Of a stretch of DNA of 52,132 nt, positions 8,559 to 17,324 are shown piece after piece. The stretch covers positions 1-52,132 of the forward strand of contig CAKZRD010000004.1 of NCBI GenBank assembly GCA_937143345.1, given 5' to 3'. The position numbers and the translations under genes are program-made. Origin of the DNA: an uncultured archaeon (GTDB lineage: Archaea > Nanobdellota > Nanobdellia > Pacearchaeales > GW2011-AR1). Numbering within the stretch: the stretch's first letter is position 1; each line of letters begins with the position of its first letter. The notes under the pieces were generated by a model. The model saw only the letters and a list, made by a program, of their open reading frames with translations. It searched no databases and was not told the origin of the DNA.

Positions 8559-9580
8559 AGATTTCTTTTGAAGAAGAAAAAAATTTTCTTGAAAATATAA
8601 AAAAAACAGACAAAATAGCTATTTTTACGCACACAGATTTAGACAGAATAGTCTGTGGTGTCCTTTTCTATGATTTTTTTAAAAAAAAAGATTGTATAGA
8701 AATAGATGTTTTTTTTATTGACTATTGGAAAAATAAAATTTCTGATTTTAATATAAGTAATAAAATGATAGTTATTATTTCTGATTTTGCTCTAGAAAAT
8801 ATCTTGCAAGATTTAATGAAAATTCCAGAAAAAATAAAAGTTTTTTATACAGATCATCACCAATCAAAAGAAAATATTTGGAGAAAAAATATATATGAGT
8901 TTAGAACAACAGATCTTGGCTTTATTCCTTCTTCAAGAACAGTTTATGAACTTGTATGGGGAAAAAAATGGCTTTCTGTTTTAGGTGTTTTGGCAGATTT
9001 TGGAAATGAATATGAAGAAAATAAAGAGTTTTTAAACGAGTTTTTTGAAGAAAGTGGAAAATCTTTAAATTATTTTAAAGAAGAGGTTATGTATATGCTG
9101 GCGAGAGCAATAATTTACTTCGAGAAAAACAAAGAAAAAAGTTTTTTTTATATCCTTAAAGGTTTAAATTCTATAGAAGAACTTAAAATTTTCAAAAAAT
9201 ATAACGATGAAGTCCAAAAAGAATTTAATAAATTCGTAAGAGAATTTAAAGAGAAATCTGAGAAAAAAGGAAAAATAAAATTTTTTTATTTTGAGCCCGA
9301 ATATAATATAAAAAGCATTTTAATAAATTACATTTCTTCTTTTAAAAAGGACGAAATTTATGTTTTTTTAACTCCTTCTAATGAAAAAGTAAATATTTCT
9401 TTAAGAAACCAATCAAGAGAATTTAATCTTTATAATCTTATTAAATATGCTACTAAAAATTTGAAAGATTCTTCTAGTGGATGGCATTTAAATGCTGCAG
9501 GAGCAACAATAAGAAAAAAGGATTTTAAAAAATTTAAAAATAATCTTTTCTTATTAAATTTACAAAATTTTAGAGGATGA
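8555..9580 (+). CDS. DHH-family phosphoesterase with DHHA1 domain (divergent)
   Basis: HTDLD, ISD, DHH, ISLR and GWH.NAAG (GGH variant) motifs. Confidence 0.8.
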   Translation: MKISFEEEKNFLENIKKTDKIAIFTHTDLDRIVCGVLFYDFFKKKDCIEIDVFFIDYWKNKISDFNISNKMIVIISDFALENILQDLMKIPEKIKVFYTDHHQSKENIWRKNIYEFRTTDLGFIPSSRTVYELVWGKKWLSVLGVLADFGNEYEENKEFLNEFFEESGKSLNYFKEEVMYMLARAIIYFEKNKEKSFFYILKGLNSIEELKIFKKYNDEVQKEFNKFVREFKEKSEKKGKIKFFYFEPEYNIKSILINYISSFKKDEIYVFLTPSNEKVNISLRNQSREFNLYNLIKYATKNLKDSSSGWHLNAAGATIRKKDFKKFKNNLFLLNLQNFRG

Positions 9581-9966
9581 AAGAGCAAAACAAAATTCAA
9601 AGTAAGAATGCTATAGAAGAAGCAAAAGAAATATTTTCTTCATGCATTAAATGTGGAATGTGTAAGTCCATATGCCCTGTTTTTTCTGTTTTAAGGGAAG
9701 AACATCTTTCTCCTAGAGGTCATTCTTCTTTAGCAATAAAAAATGTTTTTACAGATTCTTTTTTTCATTGTACTTTATGTAAGGCCTGTGAAGAAAAATG
9801 TCCAATAAAATTAAAAATTTGCGATGCAATTATCAAAATTAGAGAATCATTGTCATTAGAAGAAAAAAACATAAAAGAAAACAAAGAGATGATTAAGAAA
9901 GTAAGAGAAACGGGAAATCCTTTCGGAGGAGAAAAATCTAGCGGGGACAAATTATATTGTTGTTAG
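9577..9966 (+). CDS. 4Fe-4S dicluster protein (GlcF/HdrC N-terminal-like)
   Basis: CIKCGMCKSICP, SPRG, CTLCKACEEKCP, ETGNPFG. Confidence 0.88.
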   Translation: MKEQNKIQSKNAIEEAKEIFSSCIKCGMCKSICPVFSVLREEHLSPRGHSSLAIKNVFTDSFFHCTLCKACEEKCPIKLKICDAIIKIRESLSLEEKNIKENKEMIKKVRETGNPFGGEKSSGDKLYCC

Positions 9967-10003
9967 AGATAATCTTTTTAAACCTTTTTTTTCTTTAAAT
10001 TAG

Positions 10004-11980
10004 ATGGGAAGAAAGATACTCTTTTTATTTTTATTTCTATTTGCTATTAACCATGTTTTTGCAACAATTTCTTTTTCAGATATTAAAGAGCTTTATAATT
10101 TAGGGGATGAGATAAGTGTTACAATAAAACTAAATCCTTCATCACAATCAGGAAATTTTGAGTATTCTTTGAATTGTGGAGAAGAAAAAGAAATAATAAT
10201 ATTTTATAAAGGAATTGAGAACTATTTCCAAGCCGGAAAAGAAGAAAAATTAAACACAAAAATTTTTTTAGAGAGAAGTTATATAAATAATCTTTCAGGA
10301 GAATGTTATCTAAAAGTAATATTGGGTAGCGAGAGTTCATCATCTCCAAAATTTAAAATTTCTAACAAAGTTAAAGTTGATTTAAGTTTAGATAAATATT
10401 CGTATGATCCTGGAGAAAACATTGTTTTAGAAATAAAAGCAATAAAAGAAAATGGAGAGAAGTTTAATGGTTTTGTTAAGATTGAAGGAGTTGTTTCTTT
10501 TGAAAAAGAAATTAAAGAAGGATATTTGAAAGAAATCTTATCTACTAAGCCAAACAAAGAAGCAGGAGATTATTCTTTAAATGTTTTCGTTTATGATTTA
10601 GGAAAAGACAAAAAAGTAAATAATTTCGAAAATAAAACGATAAATTTAAAGATAAACCAAATCCCTAAATCAGTTCCTTTAACTTTATCCTCTTTAGAAA
10701 TAAATCCGGGTGAAGAATTAAAATATCAGGCTAATATTTATGATCAATCCGGAAAACCAATGAAAGGTTTAATTAATATCGAATTTGTTTCTCCAGATAA
10801 AACAAAAATAATAAAGAGAAACATAGAATCAGGAAGTTCTGATTCCATAAAAATACAAGCAAACGAAACACCTGGAGTATGGACTTTAGTTTCTTCTTTT
10901 GGCAAAATTAGAGAAGAAAGAGATATTAAAATCCTAAAACTTGCAAAAATCGATTTTGAGTTTTTTGAGAATTCATCGATAATTGTTATAAAAAATATTG
11001 GAAATGATATTTATAACGGAGATGTTTTATTTAATATAGGGGGTGAAGCTAGAAATTTAACTTTATCAATAGCTCCCGGAGAAGAAAGAAAATTTGTTCT
11101 TTCTGGTCCTGGAAAACAGAATGTTAAACTAAGCGCAGGAAATGAAAGTGTTGAAAAAACATTATTATTGACCGGAAGAGTTGTTGATGTTAGGGAAGTT
11201 AAAAAATATTTTATATTTTCCGATTACCCTATTATTTGGACTTTCATTGGGGTTTTATTGATTTTTTTGGTTGTTGTATTGTTTTTCCGTTATAGAAATA
11301 AAACTTTTGATTTAACTAAAAAAATTAAAGAAAAGATTTCAAAAAAAGAAATAAAAAAACAAGGAGAATTTATCAATATCAAAAGTAACATCAGCAACGC
11401 AGAGTCTTCTTTAGTTTTAGAAGGTACGAAAGAGCCTGCAACTTTTATTGTTTTAAAGATAAAAAACAAAATATCAAAAGAAAGCAAAGAAAGACTTGAA
11501 AAAATAATAAGAGAATTAAATAAGTATAATGCTGTTTTTGAATTTAAAGAAAACGAAATTGTAACTATTTTTTCACCTAAAAAAACAAAATCTTTTAAAA
11601 ACGAATATTCTGCGATAAAATATTCTTATGAAATATCTAAAGCAGTCGAAGAATTAAACAAAAAATTTGAAGAAAAAATTAATTTAGGTATAGGGATTAG
11701 TTCTGGAGATTTAATCTCAAAAATTGAAAATGGTAAATTAAAATATACAAACATTGATAACTCAATTTTTATAAGTAGGAGAATATCACAAAACTTTTCA
11801 AATAATAATGTTGTAATCTCTGAAAGAGTTAAAAACAAACTTTTGAGAGAGGTTAGAACAGAAAAAATAGAAAAAGACGGCAACACATATTACATTGTTA
11901 AGAGAATCTCAGATAAAGAAGAAAACGAAGCAAAACTTAAAGAAATTCTTAAAAGAACTAGTATTTCATCATATGATTAA
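10004..11980 (+). CDS. Single-pass membrane protein: signal peptide, beta-rich ectodomain, TM, C-terminal class III nucleotidyl cyclase-like domain (degenerate)
   Basis: Signal peptide; Ig-like beta repeats; TM ~aa410-428; C-terminal NLGIGISSGDLI..KYTNIDNSIFISRRIS..VVISERV parallels the cyclase 'IGI.SG...G..VN.ASR...I.ISE' pattern. Confidence 0.65.
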   Translation: MGRKILFLFLFLFAINHVFATISFSDIKELYNLGDEISVTIKLNPSSQSGNFEYSLNCGEEKEIIIFYKGIENYFQAGKEEKLNTKIFLERSYINNLSGECYLKVILGSESSSSPKFKISNKVKVDLSLDKYSYDPGENIVLEIKAIKENGEKFNGFVKIEGVVSFEKEIKEGYLKEILSTKPNKEAGDYSLNVFVYDLGKDKKVNNFENKTINLKINQIPKSVPLTLSSLEINPGEELKYQANIYDQSGKPMKGLINIEFVSPDKTKIIKRNIESGSSDSIKIQANETPGVWTLVSSFGKIREERDIKILKLAKIDFEFFENSSIIVIKNIGNDIYNGDVLFNIGGEARNLTLSIAPGEERKFVLSGPGKQNVKLSAGNESVEKTLLLTGRVVDVREVKKYFIFSDYPIIWTFIGVLLIFLVVVLFFRYRNKTFDLTKKIKEKISKKEIKKQGEFINIKSNISNAESSLVLEGTKEPATFIVLKIKNKISKESKERLEKIIRELNKYNAVFEFKENEIVTIFSPKKTKSFKNEYSAIKYSYEISKAVEELNKKFEEKINLGIGISSGDLISKIENGKLKYTNIDNSIFISRRISQNFSNNNVVISERVKNKLLREVRTEKIEKDGNTYYIVKRISDKEENEAKLKEILKRTSISSYD

Positions 11981-12632
11981 AGTAATTTTTTTTGATTTTG
12001 ATGGGACTATCTCCCAAACAAGAAATATTCTAGAAAAATTATTTTTTGAAGTTTTAGATAAGATCGATTTTAAATATAATAAGTCAAAAATAAAAAAACT
12101 TTTTGGTATGAAAATAGAAGAAATTCTTAAAAAATTAAATATGGATGAGAGATTAAGAGAGAAAATTAAAAATCTTTACTATAAATCTTTGATAGAAAGA
12201 GTTTATTTAAGTAGTTTATCTCTTTGTTCTTCTGTTAAGCCATTATTTGAATTAAGGAGAAGATATAAAATGGTAATTGTTTCCAATTCTGAGAATATTT
12301 TTTTAAAAATGGCAATTAAAAAATTAAAGTTGGGAAGGTTATTCGATGAGGTTTATGGAGCCGATGATTTTTCTACAAAAGACAAAATGTTGAAAAAATT
12401 GTTTAAAAAATACAATATAAATCAAAAAGAAGCGATTTATATAGGAGATAGATTTTCAGATGTAGTATTTGCTAAAAAAGCAGGATGTTACTCTGTTGCT
12501 ATTCATAACAATTGCTCTTGGTCGAGTTTAAAAGAAATAAAAAAATACTCCCCTGATTTTATAATAAAAAATTTCAAAGATTTGAAAAAAATAATAAAAA
12601 AAATAAATAAGGAAAAAGATTTATTTAGTTAA
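11973..12632 (+). CDS. HAD-superfamily phosphatase (Gph-like)
   Basis: FDFDGT, VSNS, YIGDRFSD motifs; start set to ATG 11973. Confidence 0.9.
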   Translation: MIKVIFFDFDGTISQTRNILEKLFFEVLDKIDFKYNKSKIKKLFGMKIEEILKKLNMDERLREKIKNLYYKSLIERVYLSSLSLCSSVKPLFELRRRYKMVIVSNSENIFLKMAIKKLKLGRLFDEVYGADDFSTKDKMLKKLFKKYNINQKEAIYIGDRFSDVVFAKKAGCYSVAIHNNCSWSSLKEIKKYSPDFIIKNFKDLKKIIKKINKEKDLFS

Positions 12633-12939
12633 AGCTTCTTCTTCTAAATCCTTGTCTTCTACCAAAATTTCTTCTATTGAAATTTCTTTTTGGTCTTTCT
12701 GTCATAGGTTGAGCTTCTGCAACTTTTAAAGCTCTTCCTTCGACTTCTTTTCCGTTCATTTCTTCCATTGCCTTTTTAGCACTTTCTTCCGCTTCGATAA
12801 CAACAAAACCGAAGCCCTTCGATTTCCCAGAAAAATTGTTTTTTATCAAAACAACTTCTGTAGGTTCATAAGAAGAAAATAGTTCTTTCAAATTATCTTC
12901 TGTAATACTAAAAGGCAAATTTCCTACATACAATTTCAT
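12625..12939 (-). CDS. RRM RNA-binding protein with Arg/Gly-rich tail
   Basis: RNP2 LYVGNL and RNP1 KGFGFV. Confidence 0.95.
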   Translation of the reverse strand: MKLYVGNLPFSITEDNLKELFSSYEPTEVVLIKNNFSGKSKGFGFVVIEAEESAKKAMEEMNGKEVEGRALKVAEAQPMTERPKRNFNRRNFGRRQGFRRRSFN

Positions 12940-12972
12940 CTATTCCTCCGAACAATTTAGTTAAAGTAGAAA

Positions 12973-13242
12973 TCATCTTTTCTTGAATAAGTCCTTTGTC
13001 ATTGATTTAATCCATTTCCAATGTAAAACTATATGTATTAAAACAAATAAAATCATTAAAAGACCGGCATAGTTATGTATTTGGGACCAAACTTGCTTTT
13101 GAACACCTAAAAATTCTATATATCTCCCTTGTCTGATTCCTGGAGGTATAAAGAAAAATATCACTAGTCCTGTTATGGCAGTTACGAAAAAAGATAAAAA
13201 TGCTAAAAAATCAATAAGAAAATTTAATTTTGCCTTATTCAT
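12973..13242 (-). CDS. DUF4405-like small membrane protein (possible heme-binding His)
   Basis: Two TMs; W..IH..AG......IH..LHW.WI pattern. Confidence 0.75.
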   Translation of the reverse strand: MNKAKLNFLIDFLAFLSFFVTAITGLVIFFFIPPGIRQGRYIEFLGVQKQVWSQIHNYAGLLMILFVLIHIVLHWKWIKSMTKDLFKKR

Positions 13243-13246
13243 AACT

Positions 13247-13783
13247 TTATTCCTCTAACTTATCAACACTATAAGTTTCTATTTTTAAAGTTTTCTCTTT
13301 CCAAAAGTTTGCAGGAAGTCCTGCCTTTAAGCACAAAGAAGACAAAAATTCTTCTTCATTTTCAATTTCTTCCCAAACCTGTGGAAGATAAGTAGCAGAG
13401 TGAAGAGTATAAGAAAGAATAACTCCTTTGCCTTTTATCTTTCTTTTTAATTCATCTAAACCCCTGTAAGAAATTTCTTTTGGTAAAGATAAAATAGATA
13501 TCTCTATTTTTATTTTCCTAATTTCTTCTTTTGAAACAGAATAAAATCTCGGATCTTTAAAAGCAGCATTTTTAGCATTTTCAATAACATCCTTCCAAAG
13601 TTCCTGTCGAGGAATTAGGCTCCCAATACAACCTCTTAATTCACCATCTTTTTTTAAAGTCACAAAACAAGCCCTCTTTTCAGAAAATTCTCTTTTTATT
13701 TTTTCCTCAACAACTAAATTTTTCCCCGCTAATTCAGAGATTATGGCTTCTCTTGCTATCTTTAAAAGAACTTTTTTATCCAT
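13247..13783 (-). CDS. amrA: AmmeMemoRadiSam protein A (AMMECR1 family)
   Basis: CFVTL, LRGCIG, AAFKDPRF, EISILS, ATYLPQVW, LCLKAGL. Confidence 0.95.
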   Translation of the reverse strand: MDKKVLLKIAREAIISELAGKNLVVEEKIKREFSEKRACFVTLKKDGELRGCIGSLIPRQELWKDVIENAKNAAFKDPRFYSVSKEEIRKIKIEISILSLPKEISYRGLDELKRKIKGKGVILSYTLHSATYLPQVWEEIENEEEFLSSLCLKAGLPANFWKEKTLKIETYSVDKLEE

Positions 13784-14032
13784 CTAACTTACTTTGAAAA
13801 CCCTATAATCTTTGTGTATATCTTCTGGCACAATTATCCCAACTTCTTCGCCAGCTTTTGCTTCTTTTATCGGTTGGCGATTTATTTGCATGCTTTCAAC
13901 AATAAAAACAACATCTTTTTTCCCACCTTTTATTTCTATTTTATCTCCTATCTTTAGAGGAGAAGATAATTTTATAGCTGCCGCTTTCACTTGTTTAAAA
14001 TAATTTGTTACTACCCCTATTTGTTTTCCCAT
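13784..14032 (-). CDS. Small translation-factor-like beta-barrel protein (EF-Tu domain II-like)
   Basis: IGVVTNYF..LKIGDKI..VESMQI....EAKAGEEVGI pattern. Confidence 0.75.
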   Translation of the reverse strand: MGKQIGVVTNYFKQVKAAAIKLSSPLKIGDKIEIKGGKKDVVFIVESMQINRQPIKEAKAGEEVGIIVPEDIHKDYRVFKVS

Positions 14033-14069
14033 AAAAAAATAAAGAATTAAGATTATTTAAGTTTTTTGT

Positions 14070-14468
14070 TTAATTTTCTAAAACACTTACTAAAATTTTT
14101 CTTTTTCTTGGTCCATCAAACTCACATAGAAAGAGGTTTTGCCAAGTTCCAAGTATTAGTTTTCCTTTTTCAAAAGGGATTGTTAAAGAATTGCCTATTA
14201 AAGAGGTCTTTATGTGTGCGTCACTATTAGAATCAATTTTATCATGTAGCCAAATGCCTTTTCTAACTAAGGAGTTCAAAAAATTTGAAATATCCTCCCG
14301 GAGGTTTTCATCAGCATTTTCATTTATTGTTAAGCCGCAAGTGGTATGTGGGCAAAAAAGATGAACAATTCCTTCTTTTATTTCTACTTTTTCGAGAACT
14401 TTCTCAATGAGTATAGTAATATCAATTAATTCTTCTTTTCTCTTTGTTTCTACTAAGATTTCTTTCAT
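14070..14468 (-). CDS. yjbQ: YjbQ/UPF0047 family protein
   Basis: HTTCGLTINENAD, HD..DSNSDAHIK, LGTWQ..EFDGPRKR. Confidence 0.93.
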   Translation of the reverse strand: MKEILVETKRKEELIDITILIEKVLEKVEIKEGIVHLFCPHTTCGLTINENADENLREDISNFLNSLVRKGIWLHDKIDSNSDAHIKTSLIGNSLTIPFEKGKLILGTWQNLFLCEFDGPRKRKILVSVLEN

Positions 14469-14668
14469 ATTTTCTTCTTTGAAATAATCTCTGCAAATTT
14501 TTCAAAACTTCTGTCAAATGTTTTTTCAATTTCAATTGGAAAACAGCATGCAGGAAGCTGCCTTTTTTCTAAGTGGTGTTTTAAACATTCACAGCAAATT
14601 CCTTTTCTCGGACAACCAGGGTAACTACAATTACACTTTTTCAAATTTTGTTTTTGTTTACATTCCAT
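14465..14668 (-). CDS. Small Cys-rich protein (DUF6485-like)
   Basis: CNCSYPGCPRKGICCECLKHH..LPACCF..DRSFE. Confidence 0.75.
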   Translation of the reverse strand: MECKQKQNLKKCNCSYPGCPRKGICCECLKHHLEKRQLPACCFPIEIEKTFDRSFEKFAEIISKKKI

Positions 14669-14762
14669 AAAAGAATAAAAAATAACAGTTATTTTAAGCT
14701 TTTTGTTTAATTTTCTTTATTCAATACAAATTAAAAAAAGAATTCATTCATTTCAGTTTTTT

Positions 14763-15083
14763 CTAATTTAAAATCTTCTCGATTATTTTTTTATTTTTAT
14801 CGTTTAATTGAACCTCAACAAGCCTTTTTGCATTGGCAGGTTTTTTTATTAAAAAACGAAAAGGTTTAACTAAATCAACTTTTACAACTTCGTTTTTTTC
14901 ATCTAACCAAACAGCTAAAAAATTATGAAAAACAAAAAGAGAGTGGATATTGGAAGCTTTTATAAAATAAAGATTTTTGTAATTTCTTTTTTTAAACATT
15001 AATCCAATAAAACCTTTCCAAAAACCAACTTTTTCACAATTAATAAAAATATTTTCCTTTTTATTTTTTATTTTTAGTAACAT
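14763..15083 (-). CDS. DUF192 family protein
   Basis: GLMF, IHSLFV, AVWLD, KPF, VE pattern. Confidence 0.75.
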   Translation of the reverse strand: MLLKIKNKKENIFINCEKVGFWKGFIGLMFKKRNYKNLYFIKASNIHSLFVFHNFLAVWLDEKNEVVKVDLVKPFRFLIKKPANAKRLVEVQLNDKNKKIIEKILN

Positions 15084-15084
15084 T

Positions 15085-15294
15085 TTATTGTTTTTTTACA
15101 AATTCAGTATAATGGCATTTTCCACAATAGTTTCTGTCAGGAGATTTTGTTAAGAAAATCCCTGGACCGCACCTAGGACAATATTTTTCTCTCAATAATT
15201 TTTCTCCTTCTATTTTATAGAACTTCCATTTTTGAGAAGAAGGATAATTTTTGTGTTTTTTCTTTCCTTTAACTTTTGGTTTTTGTACACCCAT
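15085..15294 (-). CDS. rps27ae: 30S ribosomal protein S27ae (eS31)
   Basis: CPRCGPGIFL..R.YCGKCHYTEF. Confidence 0.95.
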   Translation of the reverse strand: MGVQKPKVKGKKKHKNYPSSQKWKFYKIEGEKLLREKYCPRCGPGIFLTKSPDRNYCGKCHYTEFVKKQ

Positions 15295-15590
15295 TATTTA
15301 TTCACCTCACTTTGTTTTTTAGATTCTTCGAGCATTTTTTTTCTTGTTTTTCTTGGAATCTTTTCTATTTTATTTTTATCTTCTTTTGTTTGGTAAACAA
15401 AAATCTCCGCTTTAAAATTTTTTTCTCCAAAAAATGAATATATTTTTTTTACAACAGAGCAATTTTCATTTAAATTAAGTTCTTTAATTAAATCATCTCT
15501 TTTTGGACAAACATTATTTTCTATTTTTATTTGCAATTCTTCTCTTTTAAGTAAAGGATTGTTTTTCTTTTCTAAAATTTCGCATTTCAT
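15294..15590 (-). CDS. rps24e: 30S ribosomal protein S24e
   Basis: NPLLKREE, position between spt4 and rps27ae. Confidence 0.85.
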   Translation of the reverse strand: MKCEILEKKNNPLLKREELQIKIENNVCPKRDDLIKELNLNENCSVVKKIYSFFGEKNFKAEIFVYQTKEDKNKIEKIPRKTRKKMLEESKKQSEVNK

Positions 15591-15772
15591 TTTGTTTTAA
15601 TAGCAAATTTTCCTTTTGAATTTATTTTCATCTTTTTTGCAATAATAGATTTTTCTATGTCGAATACATTTATTTCCCCTTTAAAATTTTCAATGTTTTG
15701 ACTTTCTCCACAATTTGGGCATTTCTCTTCTTCATAAATTCTTCTGCAATTTAAACATGCTCTTTCTTTCAT
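15587..15772 (-). CDS. spt4: Transcription elongation factor Spt4 (RpoE'')
   Basis: ACLNC..CPNCG, SIIAKKM..GKFAIK; follows rpoE1. Confidence 0.93.
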   Translation of the reverse strand: MKERACLNCRRIYEEEKCPNCGESQNIENFKGEINVFDIEKSIIAKKMKINSKGKFAIKTK

Positions 15773-16362
15773 TTTTTCTTTGATTCTTTTTTAGTTTCTT
15801 TTTTTTCTTTATCCGCCGCTCTTTTTTCTTTTTCTTTATCTGCAATTACCCATTCAATTTTCCCAAGACCTTGTTGTCTCATTGTAAGACCTATTTTAAC
15901 ATCATCTGTTTTTTGAGAAATTGCGATAACTCTCGCCAAGCACCTATCTCCCACATTCAAGCTTCTTTTAGTTTCTTTTCCAGTTAATGAACCGCTTTTA
16001 GAAAACGAAACAAAATCTTCCATTGCCTGTGAAATATGAATCATTCCTTTTGCAACCCCTAAATCCATAAATGCACCAAAAGAAGTTATTTCCTGAACAT
16101 TGCAAAAAAGTAGTTCTTGAAGAACAGGTTTAAAAACGATTATTTTAAATAAAGATTTGTAATATACTGCCCCGTCTTCTGGAATAATGACTCCATCTCG
16201 AACATCTAAAACATCAAGAACATCTATAACAACTCCTATCTCTCTATCCTGAAAGTTTTCATAACTTTTTTTTAATTGATTTTCAACAGCTTCAAAACTA
16301 TCTAAATTAAAAAGAGAAGGTTCAACTCTTACATAGTCTTCAACAGTTAAAACATAAAACAT
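15769..16362 (-). CDS. rpoE1: RNA polymerase subunit E' (Rpo7)
   Basis: VRVEP, DGAVYY, FGAF, HISQ, IGLTMRQ.GLGK. Confidence 0.95.
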   Translation of the reverse strand: MFYVLTVEDYVRVEPSLFNLDSFEAVENQLKKSYENFQDREIGVVIDVLDVLDVRDGVIIPEDGAVYYKSLFKIIVFKPVLQELLFCNVQEITSFGAFMDLGVAKGMIHISQAMEDFVSFSKSGSLTGKETKRSLNVGDRCLARVIAISQKTDDVKIGLTMRQQGLGKIEWVIADKEKEKRAADKEKKETKKESKKK

Positions 16363-16393
16363 TTTTTTAATAGTTTTGATTGATTTTTAAACT

Positions 16394-16915
16394 TTATGTT
16401 TCAAATTCAAACTTTTTATTTTCAAATTTTTTAATGAGAAAAGATGAAAAGTCATAATCTTTGTTTATATTTTCAGTTGTTGATAAAAATATTTCAAGTT
16501 CGTCAACATTATCTTTCCAAAAAAATTTAAGCTTTCTAATAAATTTTTCATACTCTTTTAAAGTTTCGTGGATAGAAATAATTAAATCAGTTTTATTTCC
16601 ATTTCCTTCCCCTTTAATAAAAAGGATAATCTCGGGTTGGGTTTTTATAAAATTTGTTGTTTCTTCGAATTCTTTCTTTTTTGAATAATCTTTCCATCGA
16701 TACATAATAACTGCATGAACATTAAATCCTAATTTAGAGAAGTCAACTAATGAAAGATATTTTCTAATTATTCCAAGATTTTCAAGTTTTTTTCTTATTT
16801 TTAATATTGTTTGTCTACTAGTGTTTACCTTTCTTGCAATTTCTTGATCTGATTTTTTACAATTTTTTATTATTTCTAAAAGAACTTCAGTTTCTCTCCT
16901 AGTTAGATCTTTCAT
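16394..16915 (-). CDS. Lrp/AsnC family transcriptional regulator
   Basis: HTH SDQEIARKVNTSRQT..KKLE..GIIRKY...VDFSKLG; start set to ATG 16915. Confidence 0.85.
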   Translation of the reverse strand: MKDLTRRETEVLLEIIKNCKKSDQEIARKVNTSRQTILKIRKKLENLGIIRKYLSLVDFSKLGFNVHAVIMYRWKDYSKKKEFEETTNFIKTQPEIILFIKGEGNGNKTDLIISIHETLKEYEKFIRKLKFFWKDNVDELEIFLSTTENINKDYDFSSFLIKKFENKKFEFET

Positions 16916-16925
16916 ATCAGTTATA

Positions 16926-16971
16926 TTTACACTTTGTTTAAAAATTTTTCCTTTTTTTAACATTTTGTAAA
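16926..16971. promoter_or_regulatory. Candidate Lrp-type operator: two 15-bp semi-palindromes 31 bp apart
   Basis: TTTACACTTTGTTTA (16926-16940) and TTAACATTTTGTAAA (16957-16971) between the divergent lrp and groES genes. Confidence 0.4.
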
Positions 16972-17048
16972 GAAATAATAAGAAAAAAGACAAAAAAGTT
17001 TATAAATAAACTATATTTTTTCTAATTAATTAAAATTTTATTTAAAAA

Positions 17049-17324
17049 ATGAAAGTTATACCTTTTGGAGAGAGAGTTCTTTTAAGAATAGAAAAAGCGA
17101 AAGAAGAGAGAACAAAAGGAGGGATTTACCTTCCGAAATCTGATGAAGAAAAAAAACAAGGCGTTATTGTTTCTATTGGTAAAGATAAAGATGGTAAAGA
17201 TCTTCCATTAAAAATAGGTGAAACAGTTTTATATGCTGGTTATTCAAATGAAGATATTGAAATTGATGGGAAAAAACATGTTATCGTAGAATTTAAAGAT
17301 ATTATAGCAAGATTGGAGGAATAA
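17049..17324 (+). CDS. groES: Co-chaperonin GroES
   Basis: PFGERVL, TKGGIYLP, DIIA; upstream of groEL. Confidence 0.95.
   Translation: MKVIPFGERVLLRIEKAKEERTKGGIYLPKSDEEKKQGVIVSIGKDKDGKDLPLKIGETVLYAGYSNEDIEIDGKKHVIVEFKDIIARLEE

Noticed and set aside
16916-17048. CIRCE/HrcA operator before groES
   Set aside because: TTAGCACTC-N9-GAGTGCTAA is not present.
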